64,000 nt of DNA. It comes from Nitrospirota bacterium (lineage in GTDB: Bacteria; Nitrospirota; Thermodesulfovibrionia; Thermodesulfovibrionales; UBA9159). The stretch lies in contig CAVOUE010000010.1 of the NCBI GenBank assembly GCA_963699545.1, forward strand, positions 129,447-193,446. The letters are read 5' to 3'. Shown one piece after another: positions 32,153 to 42,562 of the stretch. Under the pieces are notes generated by a model that saw nothing but the letters and a program-made list of their open reading frames with translations, searched no databases and was not told the DNA's origin. The position numbers and the translations under genes are program-made. How positions within the stretch are numbered: the stretch's first letter is position 1; every line of letters starts with the position of its first letter.

Positions 32153-32911
32153 TTATATTCGTTCAGCAGCTTCTGCTGAATTTGGTTTTTCTGCTCTCAC
32201 AGTTACCAGGACTTCATAGTCTTGATCAAAATAGTCCAGCTCTTCCTGACGTAATTCTTGTTTCGACAACCCATGCAAAAAAGTGATCGCAGACAGAACA
32301 TTGCCATACGTCTTAATGGTAAAAGAGTCAGCAGGAAAGAACTCTTGAAATAACCTCCGTATCGCTTGGCTCGTTGCATGCCAGTACTCACCCCATGGGT
32401 CAACACCCTCTCGTCTACAAATCTTATTGATTCCTGGCCATGTGACCAACAAGACTCCCTGAGGCTTCAGGATGCGGTAGAGATGCCTTAATGCCGATCT
32501 CACATCATATATCATTTGGAGCGTCTGTGTACAAATAATGCAGTCAAACTGCTCAGAAGGAATGTGATCTGCACAGGTCAAATCAGCAACGATGGTGGTC
32601 TTCGGCATTCCTTCAATAACATTCATTACGTCACTCTTGGTCACCCGAGCGCCCCCGAACTTCTGAGTGTAGGAATCATCCGTAAACTCAAGCACATGTC
32701 CATGGATATCCTTCGTATGGGCAGAAAGAAATTGCTCAAGGTAATAACGGTCAATAGGGAGACCCCGATCATATCCCCAGTCACCGCTCACGGGTTTGAG
32801 CTGCCATAATCGTGGGCGATGAATCACCCTGTTCACCCGGTGCCAAAGCCAGAGTTGAATATCTCCGGGGAGTACTGCTTTTGCGATTGACTTAATGCGA
32901 TTTGCTATCAT
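32153..32911 (-). CDS. class I SAM-dependent methyltransferase of the type found with glycosyltransferases
   Basis: WGYDRGLPIDRYY, FDCIICTQTLQMIYD, LYRILKPQGVLLVTWPG. Confidence 0.85.
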   Translation of the reverse strand: MIANRIKSIAKAVLPGDIQLWLWHRVNRVIHRPRLWQLKPVSGDWGYDRGLPIDRYYLEQFLSAHTKDIHGHVLEFTDDSYTQKFGGARVTKSDVMNVIEGMPKTTIVADLTCADHIPSEQFDCIICTQTLQMIYDVRSALRHLYRILKPQGVLLVTWPGINKICRREGVDPWGEYWHATSQAIRRLFQEFFPADSFTIKTYGNVLSAITFLHGLSKQELRQEELDYFDQDYEVLVTVRAEKPNSAEAAERI

Positions 32912-32938
32912 GGCATGGCCTTTAAATCTACTCTTACG

Positions 32939-33712
32939 TTATAAAGGTTTCTTCAGACATAAAATTCCGACGAAGTTGTACCACTGGAAAAAGATTTCCA
33001 CAATCTCAAAGCCATTTTGGCGAAACAACTCGATGTTTTCATCAATACGATAGGGGACAAGTACATTCTCGAGCGATTCTCTTTTCCGCTGAATTTCCTT
33101 AGAAGAGTATTTATTCCTTTTTTTGAAATCGTAGTACAAATCTATAAAAAAGCGGTTCATGTGTGTATTATTTGTCAGGACCTTTTCTGTGACTAACAAT
33201 ATGCCATCTTCAACCAAGTCTTTGTATATCTTTTTGATCAAACTGTCCCTCTGTAAAGGACGGACGAATTGAAGTGTCCAGCAAAGGGTGACCACACTTG
33301 CATTCTTCAAAGAGAGCTTCGACAGATCCTTGTTGAGATCGTAATTCTGAAGCTGTATTCGATTCTCAAATCCGAATGCTTTGATCTTTCTCTTTGCTTC
33401 CCTAATAATCGGTTCAGAGTTGTCATATCCGATAAGGCGCGCAGATTCCTTGATCCTTTGGCATATGTTTACTAAGGTCGTGCCCGTCGAACATCCCAAA
33501 TCATAGACTTTCGTTCCGGGAATCCAGAATTTCTTCGCAATCTCTGCGATCATATATTGCTGTTCATGATAGAAAGGTATGCTACGGACGAGCATGTCAT
33601 CGAACACTTTGGCCACCTCTGAGTTAAACTCAAAGTCGCCTGAACGTGCAGCTGTCCTCTGAAAGATATTATCTCGTTTCATTCTTTCCTTGCGTATCGC
33701 AAAGCACTTCAC
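32939..33712 (-). CDS. cmoA: carboxy-S-adenosyl-L-methionine synthase
   Basis: DFEFNSEVAKVFDDMLVRSIPFY, YDLGCSTG, GYDNS, WTLQF, EK, KRESLENVLVP, FFQWYNF match CmoA motifs. Confidence 0.85.
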   Translation of the reverse strand: MKCFAIRKERMKRDNIFQRTAARSGDFEFNSEVAKVFDDMLVRSIPFYHEQQYMIAEIAKKFWIPGTKVYDLGCSTGTTLVNICQRIKESARLIGYDNSEPIIREAKRKIKAFGFENRIQLQNYDLNKDLSKLSLKNASVVTLCWTLQFVRPLQRDSLIKKIYKDLVEDGILLVTEKVLTNNTHMNRFFIDLYYDFKKRNKYSSKEIQRKRESLENVLVPYRIDENIELFRQNGFEIVEIFFQWYNFVGILCLKKPL

Positions 33713-33824
33713 TATCGGGCTACTACCATATCATAATACTTCTGACCATGGAAAGGAATTGGCAATTCTTTCTATAATTGCCTCATTACTATATGGTTGC
33801 AGGTTCGTTTATTGTACTTACATC

Positions 33825-34829
33825 TTACTTTCTAGCCTGTCCGCTTTTCTGATAATCTGCGGTGAGAGGATTGCGAGACTCTTCAAGAAACCTGTAAAGA
33901 GATCGCATCTTTCTCGCTTCTTTTCTGCAGTAAGAGCGCAGATATTTATGAATCAGATCGGGTGACCTTAACGTAAAAAGAAGATGCCTGATCATTTCCA
34001 ACCTCTTCATCCTGAAAAACTTCAGAAAGAGCTGAGCATGAACGAGAAAAAGATCATCTCTGTTTCTCAGCATCCCGCTCGATAGTACCTTGTTGAAGAA
34101 CTTAATGCTGGCGTTATCATAATCCTTGTTCAAGCGGCTACTACGAGGATGAAAACGTACATAAGCACAGACCTGCCTGTTTAATACAATATCATATCCC
34201 TGTGATGCAAGTTCTAACCAGAAATATGTGTCTTCTCCCACTGTAAGATCTTCTGGAAAGCGAATATTCTTTATACAATCTTTTTTCACGAGACACGAAT
34301 TGATAATCAACGTAAAGTGCAGCAATGCGGAGAACGGTATACGTTCCAGTTGTGTGTAATCGGGATGGTTTAATGGATATGTAACCTTCAAGAGATCTGC
34401 ACCTCTTTCCCTCCAATCAACCTGTAAGGAGTGTTCAAGCGAACTGTAGTCGATAAAGGCATTGCTTAGACATGTTACGATATCAGCTCCTCGGTTTTTT
34501 TCAAAAACTGACAGATTAGCTTCCAGCATGTGGGGATGCAAGAGATCATCATCGTCGAGAAAGAGAACATAAATACCTGTTGCTTTCTCCAGCCCAAAAT
34601 TTCTTGCCACGGAAGCCCCTCTGTTTAACGGAAACCGGTACGTGGCTATTTGAGCGCCAAATCGCCTGAGATCTTGGATCCTCGCTTGGAACCTTCCTTC
34701 AGAGCCATTGTCAATGATAATTATCTCATAATCGGAAACAGTTTGAGCCAAGACCGACTGCACAGCTTCCTCTAAAAAAGCAGGCCTATTCAATGTTGGT
34801 ATGATGACTGATACTGCAGGCCTGTTCAT
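33825..34829 (-). CDS. glycosyltransferase family 2
   Basis: VSVIIPTLNR, IIIDNGS, GASVARNFG, FLDDDD, GEDTYFW. Confidence 0.92.
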   Translation of the reverse strand: MNRPAVSVIIPTLNRPAFLEEAVQSVLAQTVSDYEIIIIDNGSEGRFQARIQDLRRFGAQIATYRFPLNRGASVARNFGLEKATGIYVLFLDDDDLLHPHMLEANLSVFEKNRGADIVTCLSNAFIDYSSLEHSLQVDWRERGADLLKVTYPLNHPDYTQLERIPFSALLHFTLIINSCLVKKDCIKNIRFPEDLTVGEDTYFWLELASQGYDIVLNRQVCAYVRFHPRSSRLNKDYDNASIKFFNKVLSSGMLRNRDDLFLVHAQLFLKFFRMKRLEMIRHLLFTLRSPDLIHKYLRSYCRKEARKMRSLYRFLEESRNPLTADYQKSGQARK

Positions 34830-34869
34830 AAAAAACCGGTTTCTCTCATTGAATCTTTGAGTCTCGAAC

Positions 34870-35499
34870 TCATATGACTTCCGAAACGTTAGTCATTTGA
34901 ATGCCCTGAACGTAGAGATCTTGAATAATGTCTGGTAATGCTTTTAGGGTTGCATAACAATCAGTGTGAAAGAGTACGATTTCGCCACCTCTAAATTGAG
35001 TCTCTCTCAGCTTTTCAGTAACCTGAGAAGGCTTATTTAAAGAATAATCTCTCGGGTCTACCGTCCAGTGTACAGTGGTTAACTTGCATTTAAGGGCGGC
35101 CAGTATCACCTTTAAATTGAAATCGCCATACGGTGGTCTAAAAAGTTTCGGATAACAGCCTACGTGTTTTCTTATGATGTCTTGTGTTAGGGCTAATTCA
35201 TTGACAATCTCTTTCAGTCCTAACTCACTTAATGGTTTATGATTATAAGAATGATTTCCGATTTCATGTCCATCAGAATAGATTTTTAAAAGTAAGTCAG
35301 GGCGTTTTGCTATTTGAGACCCTGATAGAAAGAAAGTGGCCCTTACTTTAGTTTTTTTTAAAATATTCAATAAGTCATCTGTGGTATCCTTGTACGGACC
35401 GTCATCAAGGGTCAAGGCAATTCGTCGAGAAGAAGACCTCCCTCTCCAAACAAATGCACTTTTCGGCAAGGACCTCAACCACAGCCATTTAAGATTCAT
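34870..35499 (-). CDS. polysaccharide deacetylase (CE4/NodB)
   Basis: ALTLDDGP, ATFF, HEIGNHSYNH, FRPPYG, WTVDPRDY, IVLFH. Confidence 0.93.
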   Translation of the reverse strand: MNLKWLWLRSLPKSAFVWRGRSSSRRIALTLDDGPYKDTTDDLLNILKKTKVRATFFLSGSQIAKRPDLLLKIYSDGHEIGNHSYNHKPLSELGLKEIVNELALTQDIIRKHVGCYPKLFRPPYGDFNLKVILAALKCKLTTVHWTVDPRDYSLNKPSQVTEKLRETQFRGGEIVLFHTDCYATLKALPDIIQDLYVQGIQMTNVSEVI

Positions 35500-36022
35500 T
35501 CCTACTACCCCTTAACAAGAAATTATAGCTTTTCCAACAGGGCTTTTCTATAGTGGGTTCTTATAGACCGTTTCCGGCAGTATAGCAAGAACAAAGAAAT
35601 GAATGCTTTGCGGCGCGGTGATTGAAAGGTGAACCATGCAACCGACTTTAGCACGGAGGCTACGAAGCGCATTAGCGCTTCCTGCTGATATTTGTTTGTC
35701 CCCGTATTGCCCAGTGTCTAAAATTGCGGCTACTGCATATTTGAAATGGAAAGTCATAGCAACAATTCACTCTACTTTTGCGTGGTAGAAGGGGGACTAC
35801 GCAGTTATCGGAAATTGAAACGGTTACCGATTTCAGGAAGAACCAAACATCAGCGTGAACAGATAGAAGCTGTTCACCAAAATACCTGGAAGACGAACAA
35901 GAAAAGTGGGATGTGTCCCCAGTTGTTATGCAGAAATGACGTAACAGCCAATTATTCTTACGACTCAGTGATCTATCCTTAACCCCAAGTCAGAAACTCT
36001 CTGAATTTTGTCCTCAGTCTAA

Positions 36023-36067
36023 CTTTCAAGGCGGTAACGCGGGTTCGAAGCCCGCTGGGGACGCCAG
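36023..36067 (+). repeat. attR: duplicate of the tRNA-Glu 3' half
   Basis: CTTTCAAGGCGGTAACGCGGGTTCGAAGCCCGCTGGGGACGCCAG. Confidence 0.92.
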
Positions 36068-36244
36068 CTGAATCAGGGGGCCATCCCGAATTTCTTCGTG
36101 AAAGCCCCTTTCAGTCTCCGACCCTTCCACCGTTCTGCTATACTGCTATCATGAAGGCGTATACGATTGCCGCCCTGCTGGTCCTCTGCACAGTCGCTCT
36201 TGAAGGATGCTCTCCGCTTCCCTCTGCAGGAAGAGGGTGAATGG

Positions 36245-37000
36245 ATGAAAGAAAAGGAAATTGAACTGTTCCGCTATTTTCTGAAAGACAGTGTGCGCCT
36301 GACCATTGATTTTTCGGCCACAGACCAAAGGACGGGTACGCCGCCGCCTCCTATCGAGAAGCCCTGCGCAAAGGACCAGAAACGGGTTGACCTCGTGCCG
36401 AAAGGCCAGTGGCACTCTATCCCGGGGGTGGACCTCATGACGGCAATACAGAACCGCAGGAGCCACCGGCAATTTCAGCCTGAGCCCCTCACCCTGGAAG
36501 AACTCTCCTTTCTCCTCTGGGCCACGCAGGGGGTTCGGAAGAAAGTTGATGCGGGAACGGCTTTCCGCACCGTGCCCTCAGCCGGCTGCCGGCATGCCCT
36601 CGAAACATATCTCTGCGTCCTGAATGTCGCGGGACTTGATCCGGGTATTTACCGCTACCTTCCCCTTGAACACCAGCTTGTGTTCGAACGCGGGGAAGAG
36701 GACCTTGCCGAGAAGGTCGTAAATGCGGCACTGGGGCAGCCCATTCCGGGCAACGCACCGGTGACTTTCATCTGGACCGCCGTGCCCTACCGCATGGAGT
36801 GGCGCTATGCCATCGCTGCCCACAAGGTCATCGCCATTGATGCAGGCCACGTCTGTCAGAACCTCTATCTCGCATGCGAGGCCATTGGAGCAGGCACCTG
36901 TGCCATTGCCGCCTACCACCAGGATCTCATGGACAGCCTCCTCGGTGTCGACGGCACTGAGGAGTTTACCCTCTACCTCGCGCCCGTCGGAAAGATATAG
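36245..37000 (+). CDS. SagB/ThcOx family nitroreductase-like protein (may start at 36151 with a lipoprotein signal)
   Basis: NRRSHRQF, LSFLLWATQG, RTVPSAGCRHALETY, IDAGHVCQNLYL. Confidence 0.92.
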   Translation: MKEKEIELFRYFLKDSVRLTIDFSATDQRTGTPPPPIEKPCAKDQKRVDLVPKGQWHSIPGVDLMTAIQNRRSHRQFQPEPLTLEELSFLLWATQGVRKKVDAGTAFRTVPSAGCRHALETYLCVLNVAGLDPGIYRYLPLEHQLVFERGEEDLAEKVVNAALGQPIPGNAPVTFIWTAVPYRMEWRYAIAAHKVIAIDAGHVCQNLYLACEAIGAGTCAIAAYHQDLMDSLLGVDGTEEFTLYLAPVGKI

Positions 37001-37036
37001 TCATCCTGAGCCATACTGTGCAGCACGTGCTGAAGT

Positions 37037-37342
37037 TCAGGCGCTCTTTTTGAGAAGCCATTCGACGACCGCATACCCTCCGCAGGGGTGCGTACCCTGC
37101 CCTTCCCTGAAGTCGCAGCCGTCCACAAGAAAATCACAGTGCTTACAGACAACCTCCCTGAGTTCTTTGTCCCGGGAGAAATCCGCCCGGAGGCCTGCAT
37201 CCCGAACGCCTGACCTGATCTCACCGGCAGTGAGGTTCCTTGCCAGGAAATCATAGGCGCCACAGGCCAGTCCTTCCGTGCCTTCCTTATAGAACGTGCA
37301 GAACCTCCTGCAGATCACCTCTGAGTATTCGTCTCTTTTCAT
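37037..37342 (-). CDS. Cys-rich hypothetical protein
   Basis: CRRFCTFYK..LACG..CKHCDFLVDGCDF..PCGG; co-oriented with cutA. Confidence 0.7.
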   Translation of the reverse strand: MKRDEYSEVICRRFCTFYKEGTEGLACGAYDFLARNLTAGEIRSGVRDAGLRADFSRDKELREVVCKHCDFLVDGCDFREGQGTHPCGGYAVVEWLLKKSA

Positions 37343-37349
37343 GGACACT

Positions 37350-37664
37350 TCAGCCGGTCACTTCCTTCAACCAGTTCAGGTAATCCGCTGATCCCTCGAC
37401 AATGGGCAGCGCTATCACCTCAGGGACCGAATAACTATGATGCTCTTTCACTTTTTTGAGGAAGGCCTCAAAAAGTTCCCTCCGCGTCTTTGCGATCATC
37501 AGGACCTCGGACTCGTCTTCCACCTTCCCCTTCCAGCGGTAGATGGAGCGTATCCCTTTCACCATATTCACACATCCGGCAAGGCGCGCTTCCACAAGGG
37601 CACGGGCGATCTTAGCCGCCTCCTCCTCGCCGGAAGCGGTTATGAAGACTATGATGTTGTCCAT
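37350..37664 (-). CDS. cutA: divalent-cation tolerance protein
   Basis: IARALVEARLAGCVN, SIYRWKGKVE, KT, HSYSVPEVIALP. Confidence 0.95.
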   Translation of the reverse strand: MDNIIVFITASGEEEAAKIARALVEARLAGCVNMVKGIRSIYRWKGKVEDESEVLMIAKTRRELFEAFLKKVKEHHSYSVPEVIALPIVEGSADYLNWLKEVTG

Positions 37665-37719
37665 ACGTGTCACCTCATTATCTGCAGGATTCATGGAGGA
37701 CTGGGGCAGGCAGACGAAG

Positions 37720-38848
37720 TTACTCGACAAATTTTCCATCCTTTATCAGCGTCGTCCTTTTCCTGTCTTTATCCACAAGCACAACCGTCGGCCTGAAGAA
37801 CACAAAGTCCTGATGAAACGGCGCCTTGACCGCCCCCCCAAAGGAACTGTTGTCTCCTAATGCAATATGTACGGTGCCGAGGATCTTTTCAGACTCAAGG
37901 ATGTTGTCAGGCCGTTTGGCCTTGTCGTTCGTCCCTATCCCCAGCTCTGCGATATTCCTGTTTTCCCTTCTCTCATCCAGTTTGGCCCTGAGTGCTTCAG
38001 TATAGGGCTCGTCGCCGTCAACCCTGACAACGGACCCATTCTTCACCGTCAGGGTGATCGGGGACCGCAGCTCCATGGTCGGGCCCCACTGGAGGACCAG
38101 CTTCCCGTTGGCAGTGCCTTCCAGGGGTGCGAGATAGACCTCGCCTGCGGGAAGGTTGCCGAAGGAGCCGGGTCTTGTGAGTATCCCGGTGTCAGGCAGC
38201 GCCTTCCTCCCTTTCTTTGAGAAGGAGATATGAGTGCCGTGGGGGGTCGCAACCTCTATGGTCTCTGCGGTATTGACCTTTTTTGCAACGGCGATCGTCC
38301 TTTTCGCAAGCGCTTTCCAGTCAACGTCCATCGACCCCTCAAGCATCGATGCCTCAAACAGCGGCATGCTTGCGTACCGCGCGCAGCAGACCCTTGTGAG
38401 GAAGTCTCTGAACCGTGTATGGCTCGTGGAATAGTTGGACAGGGCTATGACCGCGTTGACCGCTGCACCGCCGCACTTCTTCACCACCGCTTCCGCCCTT
38501 TTCGTCTCTTCGTCGGAGAATCTCCTTCGTGAGGAGCGGCAGCAGAAGTCCTGCCTCCATCAATGCTTCCACCACCCTGCCTCCAAAGGCAAGGCGCCAC
38601 AATTCCTCAGGAGGTTCAGCGCCGTGGCTCATGATAGCAGGATATTCATGAAACACGATCTTTCCGGTAAAAGACTTCCCGATCTCGGCAGTGAGGAGCG
38701 CGATATCCCTGAGCCGCTCTCTTCTGCACTGGTCTCTTGCATCGAGGATCTCCCGTCCGGATATCCTGTCGGTAAATACGAGGACCCGTTCCCCCCGACT
38801 GACACCAAGGTTCGTTGTGTAGATCGCCCTGATGGCTTCGGTCAGCAT
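37720..38848 (-). CDS. M29-like aminopeptidase (frameshift ~38520)
   Basis: GNLPAGEVYLAP, NIAELGIGTN, LESEKILGTVHIALGDN, HQD. Confidence 0.85.
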
Positions 38849-38993
38849 ATTCTGTTACCGGTGGGCCGGAAAGCGTTGTGGCTTGCCCGCCCCGCGCGGG
38901 CCGGGGCGAAAGCGTTCCCGAAGAAACAGTCTGGAACTGTCGGAAAATATCGTGGGGAGCGGAAGGCGGCAATGCGCATCACTCCTTCCTTGT

Positions 38994-40409
38994 CTACCGG
39001 AACATCATCTCCATCTGTTCCAGGTGTTCACCAGGGAACCCGATGGGGTACTCGTTGTCAAAGCAGGCCGAGCAGTAATCGCCGGAGTCGGGCACGATCT
39101 TTTTCAGACCTTCCAGGCTGAGATATGCGAGGGTATCCGCCGTGATGTACTTCCTGGTCTCTTCGATCATATGGGTGTACGCGATGAGCTCCTGCCTCGT
39201 GGGGGTATCGATGCCGTAGAAACAGGGAGCGAGGGTGGGAGGAGAGCTTATCCTCATGTGGACCTCTTTTGCGCCTCCCACTTCCCGCAGCATCTTGACG
39301 ATCTTCTTGCTCGTGGTCCCTCTCACGATGGAATCATCCACCACCACGACCCGTTTCCCCTCAAGGAGCTGCCTCACGGGATTCAGTTTGATCTTCACGC
39401 CGAAATGACGGATGCTCTGCTTCGGCTCGATAAATGTCCTTCCCACATAGTGGTTCCGTATGAGGCCGAAGTCGAAATGGATACCGCTCTGCTCGGAAAA
39501 CCCGATGGCAGCCGGCACCCCCGAGTCGGGGACGGGAACCACGATGTCTGCATCAACGGGCAATTCCCTTGCGAGCTGGCGGCCGAATTCCTTTCTCACC
39601 TCGTTCACGTTCTGATAGCCGAAGATGTAGCTGTCGGGACGGGAGAAGTATATGAACTCAAAGATGCAATGGGCCTTCCTGCCGGCCGCCATGGCCCTCA
39701 CCGACTTCAAGCCTTTTTCATTAATGATAAGCATCTCGCCGGGTTCCACATCCCTGATATAGGTCGCGTTTATCAGATCGAGGGCGCAGGTCTCCGACGC
39801 AACCACGTACGCACCGTCCACCTGCCCCAGGCAGAGGGGCCTCACCCCGTAAGGATCTCTCACCGCAATAAGTTCTTTCTCCCTGAGTATCAGAAGGCTG
39901 TATGCGCCGCTCACTTTGTGCAGCGCTTGGATGATCCTGTCGTACGGGTCGTCTCCCTTTGCATGGGCGATGAGATGGACGATCACCTCGCTGTCCGATG
40001 TGGACTGGAATATCGCTCCTTCGTCCTCAAGGTCCTTCCTCAGTTCAGGCGCGTTCACCAGATTGCCGTTGTGCGCAAGGGCAAGTGAGCCGAGGGCAAA
40101 GTTTGCTACGATGGGCTGGACATTCTTCAGAACACTGCTTCCTGCCGTGGAATAGCGGTTATGCCCGATGGCCAGATGTCCGGGCAACCTCTTCAGTCTC
40201 TTCTCGGTGAATATGTCCGCGACAAGACCCATGGCCTTCTCGATATATATCTGTTTGCCGTCGGACGAGCATATTCCGGCGCCTTCCTGGCCGCGGTGCT
40301 GCAGGGCATAAAGGCCGAGATAGGTGAGGTTGGAGGCTTCCGGGTGATCGAACACTCCAAACACGCCGCATTCCTCATGGATATCGTGTCGGAATGGGAA
40401 CCGGAACAC
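38994..40409 (-). CDS. purF: amidophosphoribosyltransferase
   Basis: [40 protein letters not shown], Fe-S cysteines. Confidence 0.97.
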   Translation of the reverse strand: MFRFPFRHDIHEECGVFGVFDHPEASNLTYLGLYALQHRGQEGAGICSSDGKQIYIEKAMGLVADIFTEKRLKRLPGHLAIGHNRYSTAGSSVLKNVQPIVANFALGSLALAHNGNLVNAPELRKDLEDEGAIFQSTSDSEVIVHLIAHAKGDDPYDRIIQALHKVSGAYSLLILREKELIAVRDPYGVRPLCLGQVDGAYVVASETCALDLINATYIRDVEPGEMLIINEKGLKSVRAMAAGRKAHCIFEFIYFSRPDSYIFGYQNVNEVRKEFGRQLARELPVDADIVVPVPDSGVPAAIGFSEQSGIHFDFGLIRNHYVGRTFIEPKQSIRHFGVKIKLNPVRQLLEGKRVVVVDDSIVRGTTSKKIVKMLREVGGAKEVHMRISSPPTLAPCFYGIDTPTRQELIAYTHMIEETRKYITADTLAYLSLEGLKKIVPDSGDYCSACFDNEYPIGFPGEHLEQMEMMFR

Positions 40410-40452
40410 TTCCCTGTTCTTATCCCTGAGTTCTTATTTCTCATGAGTCCTT

Positions 40453-41130
40453 TCAGAAGGAAACCGGATGTACTGTTCCCAGTACGTGAGAACCTCCTTT
40501 GTCGCCTTCAAGATCTCCGAGACAGTACTTCGCAAGGTCAATATACTTTCCTGACGTATACAGCTTCTTCACGTCATCACCGGTTATGCCCCCGGATTTC
40601 GGGCTCTTTATACCGAACGTCCTGCACCACATGTCCAGGCTGAATTTTCTTCTCGAGGCGCCATAAAAGGTGAGCTGGTCAAGGAGGTCGATATGGGAAC
40701 CGTTATATCTGTTGGGCATGAGGTCCCTGGATGGTTTTATCTTGTGCACTGCGGACCGTATCAGGATGAAGGGGCAGTCAAAGGACCTGCCGTTGAAGGT
40801 GATGATCTGGTCATAGCCCTTTATCACCTCCCAAAACTTCCGGAGTATGTCTTCGGCTCGGCGCCGGTCTGGAAAGTGATGCCCTCCTCTTCAAAGGGCA
40901 AAAGCGGTTCGTTGGGCGTCTGGAAATAGACCGCTCCCTTCGCGGTGTCGGGATTCAGCATGCCGATGGCCACGACCTCCGCCGTGAGGGGATAAAAGGA
41001 AAGGCTTTCCTTCACTTCCTTAACCTCATCCTCGGTCTCAGCCCATTTCAGAAGATACTCCTGCGTGCTCCTTGTCAAGGAAGACAAAGTCTTTGCCCAC
41101 GGTCTCTATATCAACGATGATCCGTGACAT
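40453..41130 (-). CDS. RNase H-like / PolB-type 3'-5' exonuclease domain protein (frameshifted)
   Basis: IIVDIETVG (ExoI), ITFNGRSFDCPF (ExoII), YCLGD (ExoIII). Confidence 0.8.
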
Positions 41131-41236
41131 CTCTCATTTGTCGGTAGCTAGCAGGCAGTGTGAAGTAGTCGGTGAAAACACTCTTCAATGACCTAGTGAG
41201 CCTCACGCTATGCGCTACTCCCTATACGCTTTCTTG

Positions 41237-42547
41237 TTACGATGCCTTGGGCAGCTCCTTGAACACCTTCCACGTCTTGAGAAGGTCTATGGCCCTCTGA
41301 AGCTGTATATCATCCTTCTCTGACACCTCCAGAGGAGCTGTCTCCTGTTCGACCAGGTCTTTTCTCTTCCTCCTTGTCGTTCCTGAGGTGCCTCTCCAGG
41401 TCTTTTTCCCTCACCACCGCATGCTCTTTCGTACCGTTCTTTGCTTCGATCTTCACCACGATATCGGGGTGATCCCGGTTGACTGAATGGATGTGCCGCT
41501 GGGAGTATAGTACCGCGCCGTGGTCAGCCTGAGACCGGATCCATCGCTCAGGGGTATGACACTCTGGACAGAACCTTTGCCGAAGGTCTGGACTCCAAGG
41601 ATCACCGCCCTGTGCCAGTCCTTGAGGGCGCCTGCCACGATCTCGGACGCACTCGCACTGCCCTGATTCACCAGCACAACCATGGTGGCCTTGTCATAGG
41701 AGGGGCGGTTCCCCCCTGTACTTATATTCTGCTCTTCTCCCCTGATCTGTCCTTGATGTACACAACGAGCTTGCCCGCAGGGAGGAACTGACTCGACACA
41801 TCCACCGCGCTGTTCAGAAGACCGCCGGGGTTGTTCCTGAGGTCAAGAACCAGAGCACTCACCTTCTCATCGTTCAGCTTGGCCAGGGCATTTGAGAGGT
41901 CGGAAGCGGTCTGTTCCTGGAACTGCGTGAGCTTAATATACCCGATCCCGTCCTCCAGCACCTTATACTTGACGCTCTTGATCTTTATAATATCCCTCAC
42001 TATGGTGAAGTCCTTCGGCTCTTTCCAGCCCTCCCTGATGATGGTGATCTTCACCGATGTCCCCTTCGGTCCCCTCATCTTCTGAACCGCGTCCTGCAGG
42101 CTCATATCCCTTGTGGATCTCGTCATTGATCTTCACTGATCCTGTCCCCGGCCTTTATCCCTGCCTTGTATGCAGGGGTATCTTCAATCGGAGCGATCAC
42201 GGTGAGGACGTTATCCTTCATCCCTATCTGTATACCGAGTCCCCCGAACTCGCCCTTGGTATCCACCTGCATCTCCTTGTACGCCTCAGGGTTCATAAAG
42301 CCCTGAGTGGGGATCAAGGGAATTCAACATGCCCTTGATGGCGCCGTACACAAGGTCCTTCGTCTTTACATCTTCCACATAGTTCTTTTTAATAATGGAC
42401 AGCGTTTCGGTAAAGATCTTGACGACTTCATATCCCTCAACCTCAGCGCTCACCAGGCCTACCGACCACCTTCCCACAATGATCCCTGCCAAGGCAACGG
42501 TGAGAACCAGCGCCCAGGCAATGAGCATGTTCCCTTTTCGTCAGCAT
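41237..42547 (-). CDS. ctpA: carboxy-terminal processing protease, S41 family (multiple frameshifts)
   Basis: [62 protein letters not shown]. Confidence 0.93.
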
Positions 42548-42562
42548 CTTCGTAACCTCCAT

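Larger units (their letters stand above)
28737..36067. mobile_element. decayed genomic island integrated at tRNA-Glu
   Basis: 45-bp direct repeat (28737-28781 vs 36023-36067, 2 mismatches) of the tRNA 3' half; visibly AT-rich interior; cargo genes all on the - strand. Confidence 0.85.

Noticed and set aside
35500-36020. Short ORFs at the right end of the island
   Set aside because: No convincing RBS or motifs; probably non-coding or decayed DNA.
36245-37000. SagB-family gene as a RiPP (azole) biosynthetic cluster
   Set aside because: No YcaO cyclodehydratase, precursor peptide or transporter adjacent; stand-alone SagB-type nitroreductases are common.
38832-40088. 418-aa + strand ORF
   Set aside because: Antisense shadow of purF.
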